A stretch of DNA of 47,823 nt, counting the filler, from Trypethelium eluteriae (taxonomy: Eukaryota): NCBI GenBank assembly GCA_051942245.1. It is 2 parts of 2 records of this genome, joined end to end, with 100 filler letters (N's around TTAATTAATTAA, not from the genome) between each part and the next. Parts side by side here need not be neighbours in the genome. Positions count along the whole stretch, not along the records: positions 23,966 to 47,823 come from JAVECL010000413.1; 1 more part is not named here. One strand, given 5' to 3'. Shown piece after piece: positions 46,962-47,823 of this stretch. The notes under the pieces are model-generated. The model was not told the origin of the DNA. It worked only from the letters and a program-made list of their open reading frames with translations, and searched no databases. A program made the translations under genes and the position numbers. Within the stretch, counting starts at the first letter, position 1. Each line of letters starts with the position of its first letter.

Positions 46962-47823
46962 TCATACAGTTGGCATTCCTACACTGCCACAACCAATCCC
47001 TTACAGACAATCCCTGGAAAACCGTGCTATTCAATTTAATTCTACATATGCTGAATTTCGAAAGGTCTATTCCACAGCTGGCTATGCTCTCGACCCCTGC
47101 GGCCACTACAAATATTCGGATCAAAGGTCATTATTAATCGGACCTCTTTCTCCCTACGACTCGTATCTCAAAACCGATGCGGAATCATTAAACTTGGTTA
47201 AGCTGGTGGATATGCGAAATCATTCAAGCAGGAAATGTGTAACTTTTTGTCTAACCAATGGATTTGGCTCACAAAAATGTCTGTACTTATCAATGGCCTA
47301 TCATGCAACATGTATCGCCGCTGAAGATCACAGAGTAGCACCTGGTCACAGTCCTGGCTGCGTGAACTTATCCGGCGCTGATGTTGCGCTTCTCGGTCGC
47401 TGGAAAGTGTAATATGAGTTTCTGTGGATTTCGAAAGCTCCTCAGAGCATGTACTATCATCTATGCTAGATGATCAAGGCCGCCCTGATATAACCAGAGA
47501 TTCCTCCCAATTACATTTGACAAAAGGAGATAAAGAAGTGTGCCGCCAATGGCACTGAGGCCCCGTCTCGCCGAATTCCCTGTCGGTCTCCTTTCCAAAG
47601 ACGCCGCGTGAAAATGACGCAATCCTCATTACCGCCATGCCATCCCATTACCCACTGTGGATTACAAGCACGACCTTGTGAAAATCAAAACTCCCCCCGA
47701 TTGAACGCCAGCGCTCTCGTAAAAAGAAAGCTCCCCATCCAACCCAAGCTTATCCCTCATCCAAAATCTCCCTCAGCGCCTCTTGATCCATCTTCCCAAC
47801 CACCACTTCCGTCCCCCTAACCT

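Overview
Fungal (filamentous ascomycete-type) nuclear DNA with short GT-AG introns and CTRAY-type branch sites; no tRNA, rRNA, CRISPR or intact transposon is evident. The window is two contigs joined by an artificial 100-nt spacer (44 N + TTAATTAATTAA + 44 N, 23866-23965). Left contig: the 3' end of a NOSIP-type RING gene, then a ~22 kb accessory-looking tract. That tract holds an F-box-like gene with one in-frame TAG, a probable RIP-decayed gene relic, a MATE-like transporter with a +1 frameshift, a HET-domain gene convergent with an NLR (HeLo-like/NB-ARC/TPR) carrying a +1 frameshift just after the P-loop, a CYP52-clan P450, a decayed RAD57 copy and a small two-exon gene missed by the ORF track. 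Right contig: a very large Pro/Glu/Ala-rich protein, a SAM+HMG-box protein, Clr2, two single-pass membrane proteins, a GH15 glucoamylase with an N-terminal CBM21-like domain, a HAD dehalogenase, a second HET gene and a GH10-CBM1 xylanase. The best candidate for a system is the HET+NLR innate-immunity pair. All family calls come from motif recognition by eye; no database search was run.
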